Source of the DNA: Eledone cirrhosa
Taxonomy: Eukaryota
Direction of reading: 5' to 3'
DNA: 64,000 bases
Assembly (NCBI GenBank): GCA_964016885.1
Contig: OZ024750.1
Coordinates: forward strand, 36,580,001 to 36,644,000
The translations under genes and the position numbers were made by a program. Below, one piece after another: positions 1 to 11,399 of the stretch. A model generated the notes under the pieces. The model made no database searches and was not told the origin of the DNA. It was given only the letters and a program-made list of their open reading frames with translations. Every line of letters starts with the position of its first letter. Within the stretch, counting starts at the first letter, position 1.

Positions 1-660
1 GAATTCAATGACATCTATACTATGTTATGTACAATTGTAGAACTTTGTCTCTGTTGATATTTTTCAGGAAATAACTTAACATGTCTAAGACGTCTTCTAT
101 GAAACTTGGTATCTGTTTCAGCGTAAGTTTCAAAAGAATATCCCCAAAATAATTGATTCTGTGGATTTCATAAGACAGACTTGTGATGATTAGTCTTAAT
201 ATAACATTGTTAGGATATGGTGGGTTAATACACATTAAAGTTGATTATATGCAAGCTTTATTTATTGGTTTGCCTTTGTGGATTTTAGGGAATCTATAAA
301 AAGTACTGGCTTCACATTTAAAATTCAATAAATAATCACATTTCTTATTCATTAAACCTTTCCAGATTAAATATATGAAGGTGATACATTTCTCTATCAT
401 TTATCGTTTTTAATTGTTTAATTATTCATAATAGTTAGTATCTTATTGTGAAGTTCATGCAGTATTTCTGTAATATTAAAAATCCATACATTTATTGGCT
501 TCTTTAATTACTAAATCATTATCACTTTGATTTCATGGATGGTTTCACCTGGCATTTGATTCATAATTTAGAGGTGATAATTCATTATAGGAAAATTGGG
601 TTATAAATCACTGAATTTGTCGTTTTGTTCCTAGCTCTACTTTTTTATGGAACTTTAGTT
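1..660 (-). mobile_element. Degenerate Penelope-like element, RT region
   Basis: Minus strand reads FYRFPKIHK...ILRLII...GDILLK...IPSFIEDVLDMLSY, matching the PLE RT motifs FYGLPKIHK / RPIV / DILLKP / SY..D..DFL; contains stops. Confidence 0.6.
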
Positions 661-699
661 ACTTCTTTCTTATTGTTGGACCAGGATTTTCTGGTCCAA

Positions 700-845
700 C
701 AACTTCAAAGACTGGACTGGTCACAACACTGAGACCCTACTACATATGATGGAGAATACAGACCAATGGTGACAATTGACTGTAAAATCATCTAGAGTGG
801 CACTCCAGCGACTTGCTACACCTGTTGCAGGAACATGATAATGAA
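700..845 (+). mobile_element. Old RTE-clade LINE 3' end
   Basis: gtggcactccagcgacttgc...atgataatg resembles an RTE C-terminus plus (TGA)n tail. Confidence 0.35.
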
Positions 846-869
846 TTACTTATGCTTCTTAGAATCAAT

Positions 870-1977
870 CTTCTTTTCTTCTTTTCGTATCTTCGAAGCA
901 TGTGGTTATACGACAGTTTCCCATTTCTTTACACAGTCCTTTTCATTAATATTAAATTCTGCGAGATCTTTTAAGCTGCACTGGTTGGGCAGTAGAGGGC
1001 AAACAAGGCAGTGCTGCATAGTATGATCCTCCTCTCCACATTCGCAGATGGTTGGGCCCCGGTCTTGTAGCCCCATCTGGCCATAGCAGCTTTTGATCGC
1101 CCCATTCCTGTTCTCAGGCGGTTGAGTGTCTTCCACTGGACCCATGGTGCTTCTGAGCCATGAGGGAGGGCTTCTGGAGGGGGGATTCCCATCTCAATAG
1201 GAGAGGAGTCATTCTCTAGCATTCTAATCCATAGCTGTAGTCTGGTTTCTTCCTGAGATGTTGTTAGGGGCTGGACATGGCTAAGGAAGCTTCTCCTTGA
1301 TTTCAGTCATTGGGCCGGAGGTTCACGTCCATGAAGGAGGTGGCGTTCATCACTGATAGCCTTTGTGATCTCTACTCGGCTGGCAGCTTCCTGTCTCACA
1401 TCTGAAGGGGCAGGGGCAATGCCACCAAGGAGATGCAGGTGGTTCAGGTTGGTAGGCTTCAGGCAACCAGTGATCAAACGGCAGGTGTTGCTCAACGCTG
1501 GGTCTAGTTTACTGGCATGGTTGATCTCTCCCAAACAGGACACGTGTACTCCGCAGAGGAATAGCACAAGGCCAAGGCATCTTAGTGTGTGTGCTGTGGC
1601 TCCCCATTTAGAGTTGGTAAGTTTCCGTAGGTTGTTATTCCGGGAGCTGACTTTCAATTTGGTGTTTTTGATGTGTTCCTTGAATGAGTGGGTGCGGTCC
1701 AGGGTTACACCAAGGTAGACATGATTGGTGCAGTTCTCAGGTGGTGTTCCTAACCATGTTATGTTAAGAGGTCGGTTGGCTTCCTGGTTCCAGAGATGGA
1801 ACGAGCAGGCTTGAGTCTTCGCAGGGTTTGCGTGCAGGTGGTTGCTCTCATAGTAGAGGAGTAGCTCATCCGGGGCTGAGTTGAGGTTTGCTTCTACTGC
1901 TTCGAACGTACTCTCTTGGGATGTAACACAGAGGTCGTCAGCGTAGATGAACCGCTCAGTGCTCTGATCCATTGGCT
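870..1977 (-). mobile_element. 5'-truncated Vingi/Ingi-like LINE (RT C-half, CCHC finger), frameshifted
   Basis: FIYADD, YLGVTLDRT, WGA, RLITGCLKPT, GIAP, CECGE..TMQHCLVC; GAAAAGAAG-type tail; 8-bp TSD GAATCAAT at 862-869 and 1978-1985. Confidence 0.8.
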
Positions 1978-1985
1978 GAATCAAT

Positions 1986-3050
1986 AATTCATCATTATTT
2001 CATTATTGTATAGTTCTTCTGTTAGGCTTACCTTTCGAGAGAAACTTGAAGTATTGTTCTATATTTCTTTAAATTTTGAGTGAATTTGTATCTATTGCAT
2101 TCACAGGCTTAGTTTGACAAATTATTTATTTTCACTATCTCACATTTGGTTTGTACCATCAAGTGTCCTCATTTTTGTCAGCTGGATCTAAAAAAGGGAT
2201 CAGTTAATTTCCAGTTCATTCTATTAGAATTTCTGTAATAATTATCCTTTATTGTGTCTTGTCTTTGATAACAACTTTCCTCATCTCTGGATCCAGATTA
2301 TAAAATTTTCTTTTAGATTATATTTTTCTTTTCATTTCTATAAATTGATTTCCTCAATCCTGAGAAATATTCCATCTTGATGAAGAGGGGTTTATATTTA
2401 ATTCAATAAAGTTGTTTCATTGTCAGAATATTCCAGAATTAATGTCATTCCTTATATAATGTTCATGACTATAGGTTTGCCTGTTTTCTTCTTGTTTTAC
2501 AGTTCATGTAGAAGATTATTATAATTGCATTCATTTTTAAATTGAATTTCAGAAATACTGAATCAGTTATCCCTTTCTCTCATCTTTGAAGTAATATTAT
2601 ATCTTCCATTTCACATCTCCCTTTCCAAAGTTTAATTATGTTCTCACATAGCAGTCAATAAATTTCCACTTTTATATGTTCATCAATCAGTTTAAATTCA
2701 TGTCCATTCCTTTCTGCTCTTAATCATAATAATTTGATTTCTTATTGAAATTTATCAAGTGCTATCTTTTCTACAAGTCCTCTTTATTGTTTAGGTTCAT
2801 TAAAGACACATTTAACCTGTAATTTCCAAGGTAGAATTTGTTGAATTTATCTAAATTTTATATATTTCAGCTTTATTGCTATTTTCAAACTTATTCCAAG
2901 AGATAAATTTGCAGATAGTAAAATTTTCATTCCAAACTGGACATAAACAACTCAATCTAATATGTTGGTGACTTCACATTTTTCTCATCGCTTTCTTGTC
3001 TTGGTTCTGTGTTTTACTTCAATCTCTATTGTTTTGTAGATTTTGTTTAA
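1986..3050 (-). mobile_element. Probable N-terminal continuation of the degenerate Penelope-like element
   Basis: Same A-rich coding-like minus-strand composition as 1-660, contiguous across the Vingi TSD; no clear motifs. Confidence 0.3.
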
Positions 3051-3064
3051 TATAGGTGTCACAA

Positions 3065-3215
3065 CATAAAGCACCCAGCCCACACTGTAAAGTGGTCATG
3101 AAGGCGTGATGACAAAAAACACCCAGCACGCACTATAAAGTGGTTGGTGTCAAGAACGGCATCCAGCTGTAGAAACCAAGCCAAAATCGGTTCTGTATGA
3201 ACAAGGCACAGTCAA
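3065..3215 (+). mobile_element. RTE 3'-UTR / SINE body fragment
   Basis: cacccagc..cactgtaaagtgg...ggcatccagctgtagaaa module seen in many other copies. Confidence 0.6.
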
Positions 3216-3345
3216 AGAATGTATTTAATCAACCTTTCTTGTCAGGATTGAGACTGTAGAGTCAATCTCTTAGAACCGTAGTTTATTGTTGTACTAATTT
3301 GACATCCACATACATAACCATTACATATATATATATATATATATA

Positions 3346-6300
3346 TCATCATCATCATCAGGTTTAGCGTCTGTGTTCCACGCTTGCATGGGTTTGGACG
3401 GGGGTTTTCCCACTTGAGGCAAAAGTGGTTGTCTTGCTCGCATAGGACTGTCTGGCGGGTTTTCTACAGTTGGATGCCCTTCCTAACACCAACCACATTT
3501 ACAGTGTGGGGCTGGGAGGTTTTTACCGTGTTGCCTACACGGCCACATTACAGCGTGGACTGTCTGGCGGGTTTTCTACAGCTGGATGCCCTTCCTAACA
3601 CCAACCACATTTACAGTGTGGGGCTGGGAGGTTTTTACCGTGTTGCCTACACGGCCACATTTACAGCGTGGACTGTGTGTTTTTTGTCGTGACACCTACA
3701 CGATCTCATTTGTTTCGGCCTGGATGTTGTGGGACCAACATAACTTTACATTGAAAGGGGCGGTGTGGGTGGGGTGGAGGTGGTGGGACGGGGGTGTGTT
3801 TTGATAGAGATGCCTACTGACTGTAGTAGGTTTTTACTTTGTATTTAGGTAAGGCGGGTCTTCTCTATTAATGAGTACCGCCAAAGGTCTCGGTCCAGTG
3901 ACATTGTCTTGGAGAGGTGTAAGCGTGTGAGGTCGGAATTTATCAGCTCGTCCCATGTTTTTCTGGGTCTGCCTACTCTGTGGCTACCGTCTATCTTTAT
4001 TGCCCTGCACTTTGTTATACAGCTGTCGTCTTTCATGCGCATCACGTGACCGTACCAACGTAGCCTTCTCTCGAGTAAACAACATCTGATCCCTCTTATT
4101 TCTAATTTTTTCCTTAGTTCGTTTATGCTTTGCCGTTCACGTATATTACTATTGCACATCCAGCGGAGCATGCAAGCTTCGTTCCTCTCTAGTCTGCGTA
4201 TATCCTCTGCACACAATGCCTAGGTCTCACTGCCATGCAGCATTGCTGTTCGTATGCAGGCATCGTATAACCTGCCTTTCATTTTTAGGGAGAACCCTCT
4301 AGCGGCTAATAGTGGTATAAGCACTCTGAACTTTTTCCATCCAGTTCTGACTCTAGCTACTGTACTTTCAGAGCACCCTCCCCCACTGCTGATTTTGTCA
4401 CCCAGATAACGGAAGCTGTCCACTATTTCTATAGAACCCTCTGCGCAGTTGAAGGAGCTAGTATTTTGTGGGCACTTGCTGCTACTTATTGCACCAGAGC
4501 ACCGGCCACATGTAAAATCTATGTTCTTAGTTAGCTTACCTGTGATCCCACTACATCTTTTATGCACCCATACTTTGCATTTGGGACATAAAATGGAGTT
4601 TCTACCTACGCCTTTCCTACACACTGAGCATGGCCATTTCCCAGATGGGACCGCCGCCTTATTTTCTTTCCTACAAACTAGAACTTTAGTCTTAGCCAGG
4701 TTAATTTTAAGGCCTTTTGATTCTAGGCCGTGCTTCCATGTTTGGAATTTCTTCTCTAGTTCGGTCATTGATTCAGCTATGAGCGTTAGATCATCTGCGT
4801 ATAGGAGTTCCCATGGGCAGCCGGTCTTGAACTCCTCTGTTATAGCCTGAAGGGCAATAATAAATAGTAGGGGGCTAAGAACAGAGCCCTGATGGACACC
4901 AACTTTTACGCTAAACTCTTCACTATATTCGTTGTTAATTCTAACCTTACTGACTGTTTCTTTATACATGGCTTGTATAGCTCTCACAAGCCATTCGTCA
5001 ACACCTAGTTTTCTAAGAGACCACCAGATAATGGAACGGGGGACTCTGTCGAAGGCTTTCTCCAAGTCGACGAAAGCTAAGTATAGGGGTTTACTTTTAG
5101 CTAGGTACTTCTCCTGTAGTTGTCGTACAATGAAAAGAGCGTCTGTGGTACTTTTGCCTGACATAAACCCGAACTGCATTTCATCTAGATCAATTCTCTC
5201 TCTGATTAGTTGCGCTATTACTTTTTCCGTGACCTTCATGACCTGGTCGATTAATTTAATGCCTCTATAGTTACTCCTATCTAGGGCATCTCCTTTTCCC
5301 TTATAGCAGTTAACGATGATGCTGCTACGCCATTCCTTCGGAACAACCCCATTCTGTACGACTTGGTTAACTATCCGGGTGACCATGGTGTGTCCCACCG
5401 AACCAGATGCCTTCAGCATCTCAGCAACTATTTCCGAAGGCCCAGCCGCCTTACCCGTCTTCATATCTTTGAATGCCTTACTTATTATACTACCTTCAAC
5501 TAACACTGCTGGTCCCTCTATTGGATCGATCTGGGGGAGACTGTCTTTCTCCCATTTGTTCTCCTCATTTAGAAGCCTTTCGTAGTGACACTTCCAAGCT
5601 ACCTTCTTATCAGCGTCGGTGATGGCAAGTATGCCATCATCGTTAAGTACACACTTCTCCCCGACAATATCACGGTTTTCCTTGACACATTGCCTGGCAA
5701 TCCTGAACACCTCACGTTTTTGGTCCTCACGTTGTAGAACATGCTTGAACTTTCTTTCCTCTGCTTCCCTTCTTGCGAAGTACACTTGTCTCCTAGCTTC
5801 CCTCCTGGCCACTTGATAGTCTTCTCTACTTCCCCCATCCCGCCATACTTTCCAAGCCTGCTTTTTGGCCTTAATTGACTCCTCCACCTTACTGTTCCAC
5901 CACCATGTTACTCTCCTCCTACCTACAGGCCTGCTCCAGCCACAGACTTCGTCTGCCGCCGTCAGCAGGTTTGCTCTCAGGAATTCCCACTGTTCCTCTA
6001 TATTATACGACTCTAATTGCTCTTCCTTACTGTCGAAAGCGTCAAGTAATATGCTTTGAAATTTATTTCTGGCTATGGGGTCCTTTAGCTTCCATATTTT
6101 TCTCCTGAGGATAGTCCTCTTCCGCTGTCTAGTACGTCTCGTCCTGACTATGAGGTCGCTAATTATCAGTCTATGTTGGGAGGTGAATTCTTCATGGGGG
6201 TGGGATTTAGTGTTAACAACAGACACTCTGTCACGTCTTCTGGTAAGGATATAATCTACCTGGCTTGTGTGTTCCCCTGATCTATAGGTGATCAAGTGAT

Positions 6301-6703
6301 TGTCTCGTTTTTTGAAGTTAGTGTTACAGATAGTTAAGTTATTTGCGTCGCAGAATTCCAGGATTCTGGAGCCTTCCTCATTTCTAGTACCGAACCCATA
6401 GCCTCCATGGATTCCGTCATAGCCGTCACAATGTTGTCCAACGTGACCATTTAGGTCGCCTGCAATAACTATATAGTCACTGTCGGTTATTTGGGAGGTA
6501 GCGAGCATCAGTGTCTCGTAGAATCTGTCTTTTATAGCGCCGGGCAGTCCGGATTGGGGTGCGTACGCAGATATTACTGTCACCGTAGTTTTATTGAGGA
6601 CAAGTCTTATTTTAATTATTCTGTCATTCACTCTATTTACGTCTATTATCTTATCTGCCCACTTTTCTGCTACCATGATTCCTACCCCACCCAACCCATT
6701 GTC
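3346..6703 (-). mobile_element. RTE-clade LINE (family B, long 3' UTR), 5'-truncated within the APE domain
   Basis: 824+123 aa ORFs, ~500-bp 3' UTR with an internal ~117-bp duplication, (TGA)n tail, (AT)n flanks on both sides. Confidence 0.95.
3845..6694 (-). pseudogene. RTE ORF: AP endonuclease, reverse transcriptase and PHD finger, one in-frame TAG at 4220-4222
   Basis: SAYAPQ, GDLNGHVG, VDYIL, SQHRL (APE); QFGF, FVDLEKAFD, GVHQGSVLSP, LLYADD, FRYLG (RT); RRLRWYGHV..GRPRKTW (RTE C-terminus). Confidence 0.93.
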
Positions 6704-6912
6704 ATATATATATACATTCTATATACACACACACATATATATATATCTATTAGGTAAGTTTGTAACTACAGTTACAGGCGGTTTGTCATTCTTAGCATTT
6801 GATGCTGTTACAAGGTCCATCTTATGTTGTATTCCAAAGTTAAGGCGGCTGTAATATACCAAAAAGTTTATATATATGGTGTAATAGCGACTTTGATCCT
6901 ATATACTTATAT

Positions 6913-7238
6913 AGCTTAGTGGTTAGAGCATTGGCCTTGCAATCGAAAGGTTGTGAGTTCAATTCTCAGACCGGGTGATGTGTTGTTTCCTTGAGCAAGA
7001 CACTTTATTTCACATTGCTCCAGTTTACTCAGCTGTAGAAATGAGATGATAGGGACTGGGGTCCCTATCATTCCACTGTAGTGGTCGTGGAGGTGCCACG
7101 GAAAAAAATCACCCAGCACTCACTGTAAATGAGGTTGGTGTTAGGAAGGGCATCCAGCTGTAGAAATCAAGCCAGAATCAGTTCCCATCCCACCCTTGCA
7201 AGCAGGGAAAAGCGGACGTAAAATGAAATGATGATGAA
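6913..7238 (+). mobile_element. SINE-A: tRNA-derived head, CORE-like domain, hairpin and RTE-derived tail
   Basis: A box gcttagtgg, B box gagttcaattc, ccttgagcaagacactt CORE-like motif, tail matching the RTE 3' end at 9441-9500. Confidence 0.85.
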
Positions 7239-7249
7239 ATTATGAATGG

Positions 7250-7595
7250 GTAAGGGTAAAGCCCTCCTTTGGTCACAAATGACCATGGGATTAGAACCTA
7301 GAAAGTTCCCCTCAGAGGCACAAGTCTGAGCAAGGTTGTTTTGTGAAAGACCAGCAGTCGCCAATGTATACCAGTCTCCTCTCTCCATGCCACCAATGTT
7401 GTCCAAGGGAAAGACAAAGTCCAATACAGCTTGACCTCAGTGATGTCACAACTCATTTCTAGAGCTGAGTAAACTGGAACAACATGAAATAAAGTGTCTT
7501 GCTCAAGAACATAACACAAAGCCCGGTCTGGGAATTGAACTCACAACCTCATAATTGTAAGCCCGACGCTCTAATCACTAAGTCATGCACCTTCA
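7250..7595 (-). mobile_element. SINE-B: tRNA/CORE head with a different body, TTTACC tail
   Basis: Reverse complement aligns along its length with 14359-14705. Confidence 0.8.
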
Positions 7596-7599
7596 CTAT

Positions 7600-7757
7600 A
7601 TATGGTGGTGTCATACCCAAAGACTGGTGCAGCAGTATTCTCATAAATTGCTACAAAGGTAAAAGGGATGCTCTAGAGAGGAGCAATTATAGGAGCATAA
7701 AGCTGATGGATCAGGTTATGAAAGTGCAGAGAGAATATTAGCGCAACTGATTAGAGA
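7600..7757 (+). mobile_element. RTE RT fragment
   Basis: IPKDWCSSILINCYKGKRDALERSNYRSIKLMDQVMKV. Confidence 0.85.
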
Positions 7758-7759
7758 CT

Positions 7760-8010
7760 GTGGTGATAGTCAAGTTTGCAATTTTCAACTGACAGTTGAA
7801 AATTGCAAACTTGACTGTCACCACTGAATATGAACCTGAAGATTGCGAAAGCATGAAAGTACTTGTTCAATTAACACTTAACATTTAATATTCTACCATA
7901 CTATTTCATTCTAATACCATTATAAATTTTAAAGGATTGTAAATAAAACGAGTAAATCAGACACAGTTGGAATTCCTTTTATTAATATAATCATACATAC
8001 CCGTGTATAT
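7760..8010 (+). mobile_element. Penelope-like element terminal (pLTR) fragment
   Basis: 5' fold-back palindrome, minimal hammerhead, AATAAA, ends at (CT)n(AT)n. Confidence 0.65.
7831..7869 (+). ncRNA. Minimal type I hammerhead ribozyme
   Basis: TGAAC-CTGAAGA-T.TGC(GAAA)GCA.T-GAAA-GTAC-TT-GTTCA: stem I, CUGANGA, stem II, GAAA, palindromic mini stem III, UH cleavage site. Confidence 0.8.
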
Positions 8011-8013
8011 TTA

Positions 8014-8073
<60 letters not shown>

Positions 8074-8402
8074 CATGTGTATATATATATATCTCATGTA
8101 TCCATAAGCAAGCTGTATTTGTGTGGTAGCTATTAATCCCCTGTATACGCTAGTTATTAATGGCCAGCCATCGTTGGGTAATTGCTGGCCTTGTGCCTAA
8201 AGTAGAAACAATTATTGTCCAATTATTAAAATTTCTTTAATTTTGACATCATTCTGTTTACGATTTCTATAAGAATCTCTATAGTTGTCAACTGAAACAT
8301 GAAGTAATTGATCCTAATGAGCCTCTAATGAATGATGAAACTAGTTCGCTTCTCACTTCAGACATCCATGATCTTCTGTCTACATTATTATATATAAACT
8401 CC

Positions 8403-8610
8403 ATGACTGAGTGGTTAGAGAATTGGATTCACAATCATGAAGTTGTGAGTTTGATTCACAGATCCCGTGATGCGTTATGTCTTTGAGCAAGTCACTCTAT
8501 TTCACCTTGTTCCTTCTACCTGAAGTTGTGACCGATAGATAGTATAAGCAATTGGAAAGACCAACGGAAACATTGTTTCCGCAGTCCGATTTGTCAAATG
8601 CTGATTTGAC
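8403..8610 (+). mobile_element. SINE-C (tRNA/CORE head with structured tail), diverged copy
   Basis: Aligns with 61543-61762 and the reverse complement of 48186-48409. Confidence 0.75.
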
Positions 8611-8614
8611 TGTT

Positions 8615-9098
8615 GATATATATATAGAGGATATATATATAGAGGATATATATATAGAGGATATATATATAGAGGATATATATATAGAGGATATATATAT
8701 AGAGGATATATATATAGAGGATATATATATAGAGGATATATATATATATGATATATATATATATGATATATATATAGAGGATATATATATATATGATATA
8801 TATATATATAATATATATATAGAGGATATATATATATATGATATATATATAGAGGATATATATATAGAGGATATATATATATATGATATATATATAGAGG
8901 ATATATATATAGAGGATATATATATATATGATATATATATAGAGGATATATATATATATGATATATATATAGAGGATATATATATATATGATATATATAT
9001 AGAGGATATATATATATATGATATATATATAGAGGATATATATATAGAGGATATATATATATATGATATATATATAGAGGATATATATATAGAGGATA
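8615..9098. repeat. 15-bp AT-rich minisatellite, about 32 units, two variants
   Basis: Units ATATATATATAGAGG and ATATATATATATATG in tandem. Confidence 0.95.
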
Positions 9099-9502
9099 TG
9101 CGACGGCTGGAGAGAAATGAGGCAAGCATGCTCCGTTGGATGTGCAGTGTAAATGTGCGTGAACGACCCAGCATAAATGTGTTGAGAGAGAAACTGTGTC
9201 TGAGAGGGATAGAATGTAGTGTACGGGAGAGGAGACTGCGGTGGTATGGACATGTGATGCGCATGGAGGATGACCTATGGGTGAAGAAGTGCCAGGAAAT
9301 GCCAGTTGAAGGAAGACGTGGTAGAGGTAGACCACGAAAAACATGGGCGGAGGTGGTGAGAACAGACCTCAGATCATTGAAGCTCATGGTGGAGATGACG
9401 AAGGACCGTGACGAGTGGAGAGATGCTGTGTTGAATAAGACCCGTCCCACCCTTGCAAGCAGGGAAAAGCGGACATAAAATGATGATGATGATGATGATG
9501 AT
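9088..9502 (+). mobile_element. RTE LINE 3' end (family A, short 3' UTR)
   Basis: EDMRRLERNEASMLRWMC...RRLRWYGHV...GRPRKTW; (TGA)n tail. Confidence 0.92.
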
Positions 9503-9513
9503 ATATATATATA

Positions 9514-10560
9514 TATTTATTAAAATAACAGATTAAAGTTTAAGCAAAGAATCGCTGCTTTCACCCTTAACAGGGACCTTCTGAATCTAACAAAGTCAAT
9601 CTGTGAACGCAGAAATGGTTATGTGTACACGTGAGTTTTGCGTTTGTGTGAGTATGTGGGTTCGTACGTATGTAGGGTGTGTGTATATGTGTACTTCGTG
9701 TTTTGGTTGACGTGCATCTCCGAACATATGTGTATTTACATGTAGGTATGTGTGTGCGCTTGTTATATACGTATTTATTTATTTATATACGTTTATTTAA
9801 TTATATGTATACACACACACACATATATCTATTTATTTTTTTTTATGTGTATTTGGTGTATACATTCGTATGCGGGTTTTTTTTTTTTTGTGTACGTGCG
9901 TGTATTTGTATACCAATGGCGAGTGTTTTCGCGTATGCTTGTGTATGTACGTATATGGATGCGTGTATGTATTTATTTAATTTCAATTACCTCTGTATTT
10001 TATTTACTTTATTCTTAACTCTGAAGCCAAGAATCATTCGGTTTCCTAGTTAGAATTTTAGTCTACGACTTCAGTTATACCATTTACGTGGTTTTGTCTT
10101 TGCGTGCAATTGTTCTCCCCGCTCCACATATGACGTATTATCTTCGTTTTTTCCGTTCATTGCCAGAGAACGTCTCTATGAACCACCTAAGAGAATATTA
10201 GTCTACGACTTCTTTTATACCATAAACGTGGTTTTGTCTTTGCGTGTAATTGTTTTTCACCGCTCCTATTAATGACGTATTATATTCGTTTTTTCCCGTT
10301 CTTTGCCAGGGAACGTTTCCACGAACCAAAGTATCGTCTTCCTGTCTTCCTCCGGTTGCAACGTTTTTTGAAATATTCACTTCTGCGTTTACAGATTGAC
10401 TTTGTTAATTTCAGAAGATCCCGTTAAGGGTGAAAGCAGCGATTCTTTGCTTAAACTTTAATCTGTTATTTTAATAAATATTTGCTCTACGGTTCTTATA
10501 TATTTGATATATATTTATCTGTATCGAGCCCTCTTTGGATTTTAGTCTTCAAATTTATTA
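9514..10560 (+). mobile_element. Non-autonomous Penelope-like element with inverted pLTR arms
   Basis: ~100-bp inverted arms 9514-9614 and 10381-10480 with a hammerhead-like core; internal ~142-bp diverged duplication 10055-10330; AT-repeat flanks. Confidence 0.55.
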
Positions 10561-10799
10561 TTATTACTATATATATATATATATCGACAGTATATATATA
10601 TATATGTGTGTGTGTGAGTCCCAGGTTCAATCGGGGAAAACCGCACTAAGTAAGGTACTCAATACATCAGTAGAGTATAAATATTCTTCATATGTAAACA
10701 AAACTTACTCGTTTTTTTTCTATTGTATATATATATAATAGAAGAAAATGAGGAAGTTTCGTTTATATATGAAAAATATTTATTGTGTATATATATATA

Positions 10800-10935
10800 T
10801 GACATCGGTAGTGTAGAGAGGGGAGACTGGTATTCATGGGCGACTGGTGGTCTTCCATAAGCAACAGAATCAGTTCCCGTCCCACCTTTGCAAGCAGGGA
10901 AAAGCGGACGTAAAATGATGATGATGATGATGATA
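10800..10935 (+). mobile_element. Chimeric SINE fragment (SINE-B body joined to RTE-A tail)
   Basis: 10801-10860 matches 14553-14610; 10865-10935 matches the SINE-A/RTE-A terminus. Confidence 0.7.
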
Positions 10936-11399
10936 TATACATTGCATACATACAAACACACATATATATATTCATATATATATATGTATCATATATATAT
11001 ATTCATATATATATGTATCATCACCGTTAAATGTCCATATGTTTTTTTTGTGTGTGTATATATATATATATATATATACATACACATATATATATACATA
11101 CACACAAAAACATACATACATCCATATATGTATGTATGAGAATGGTAGACATGTGTTTTCCTTCTCTCTTATTATTTTCTAAGTTAAGTTCTAATTTCCT
11201 CTTTTCTACATGTTTCTAACTTACTTCATATCCTTTACACCATAAAAGACATATTTCAGGAAAGCAATATTAGTATCTCAAAATTTGGCTTCTACTCTCA
11301 TTTTATATATTTTTCTCTGCACATAATGACACAAATGTCATATATACTTGTTGAAACAGTCAGAACTCGCTGTTGGGGTCGTGAATCTTTTCATTCACA

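Noticed and set aside
8310-8350. CTAATGA...GAAACTAGTT hammerhead-like motif
   Set aside because: Core mutated and stems I and II do not pair; at most a relic
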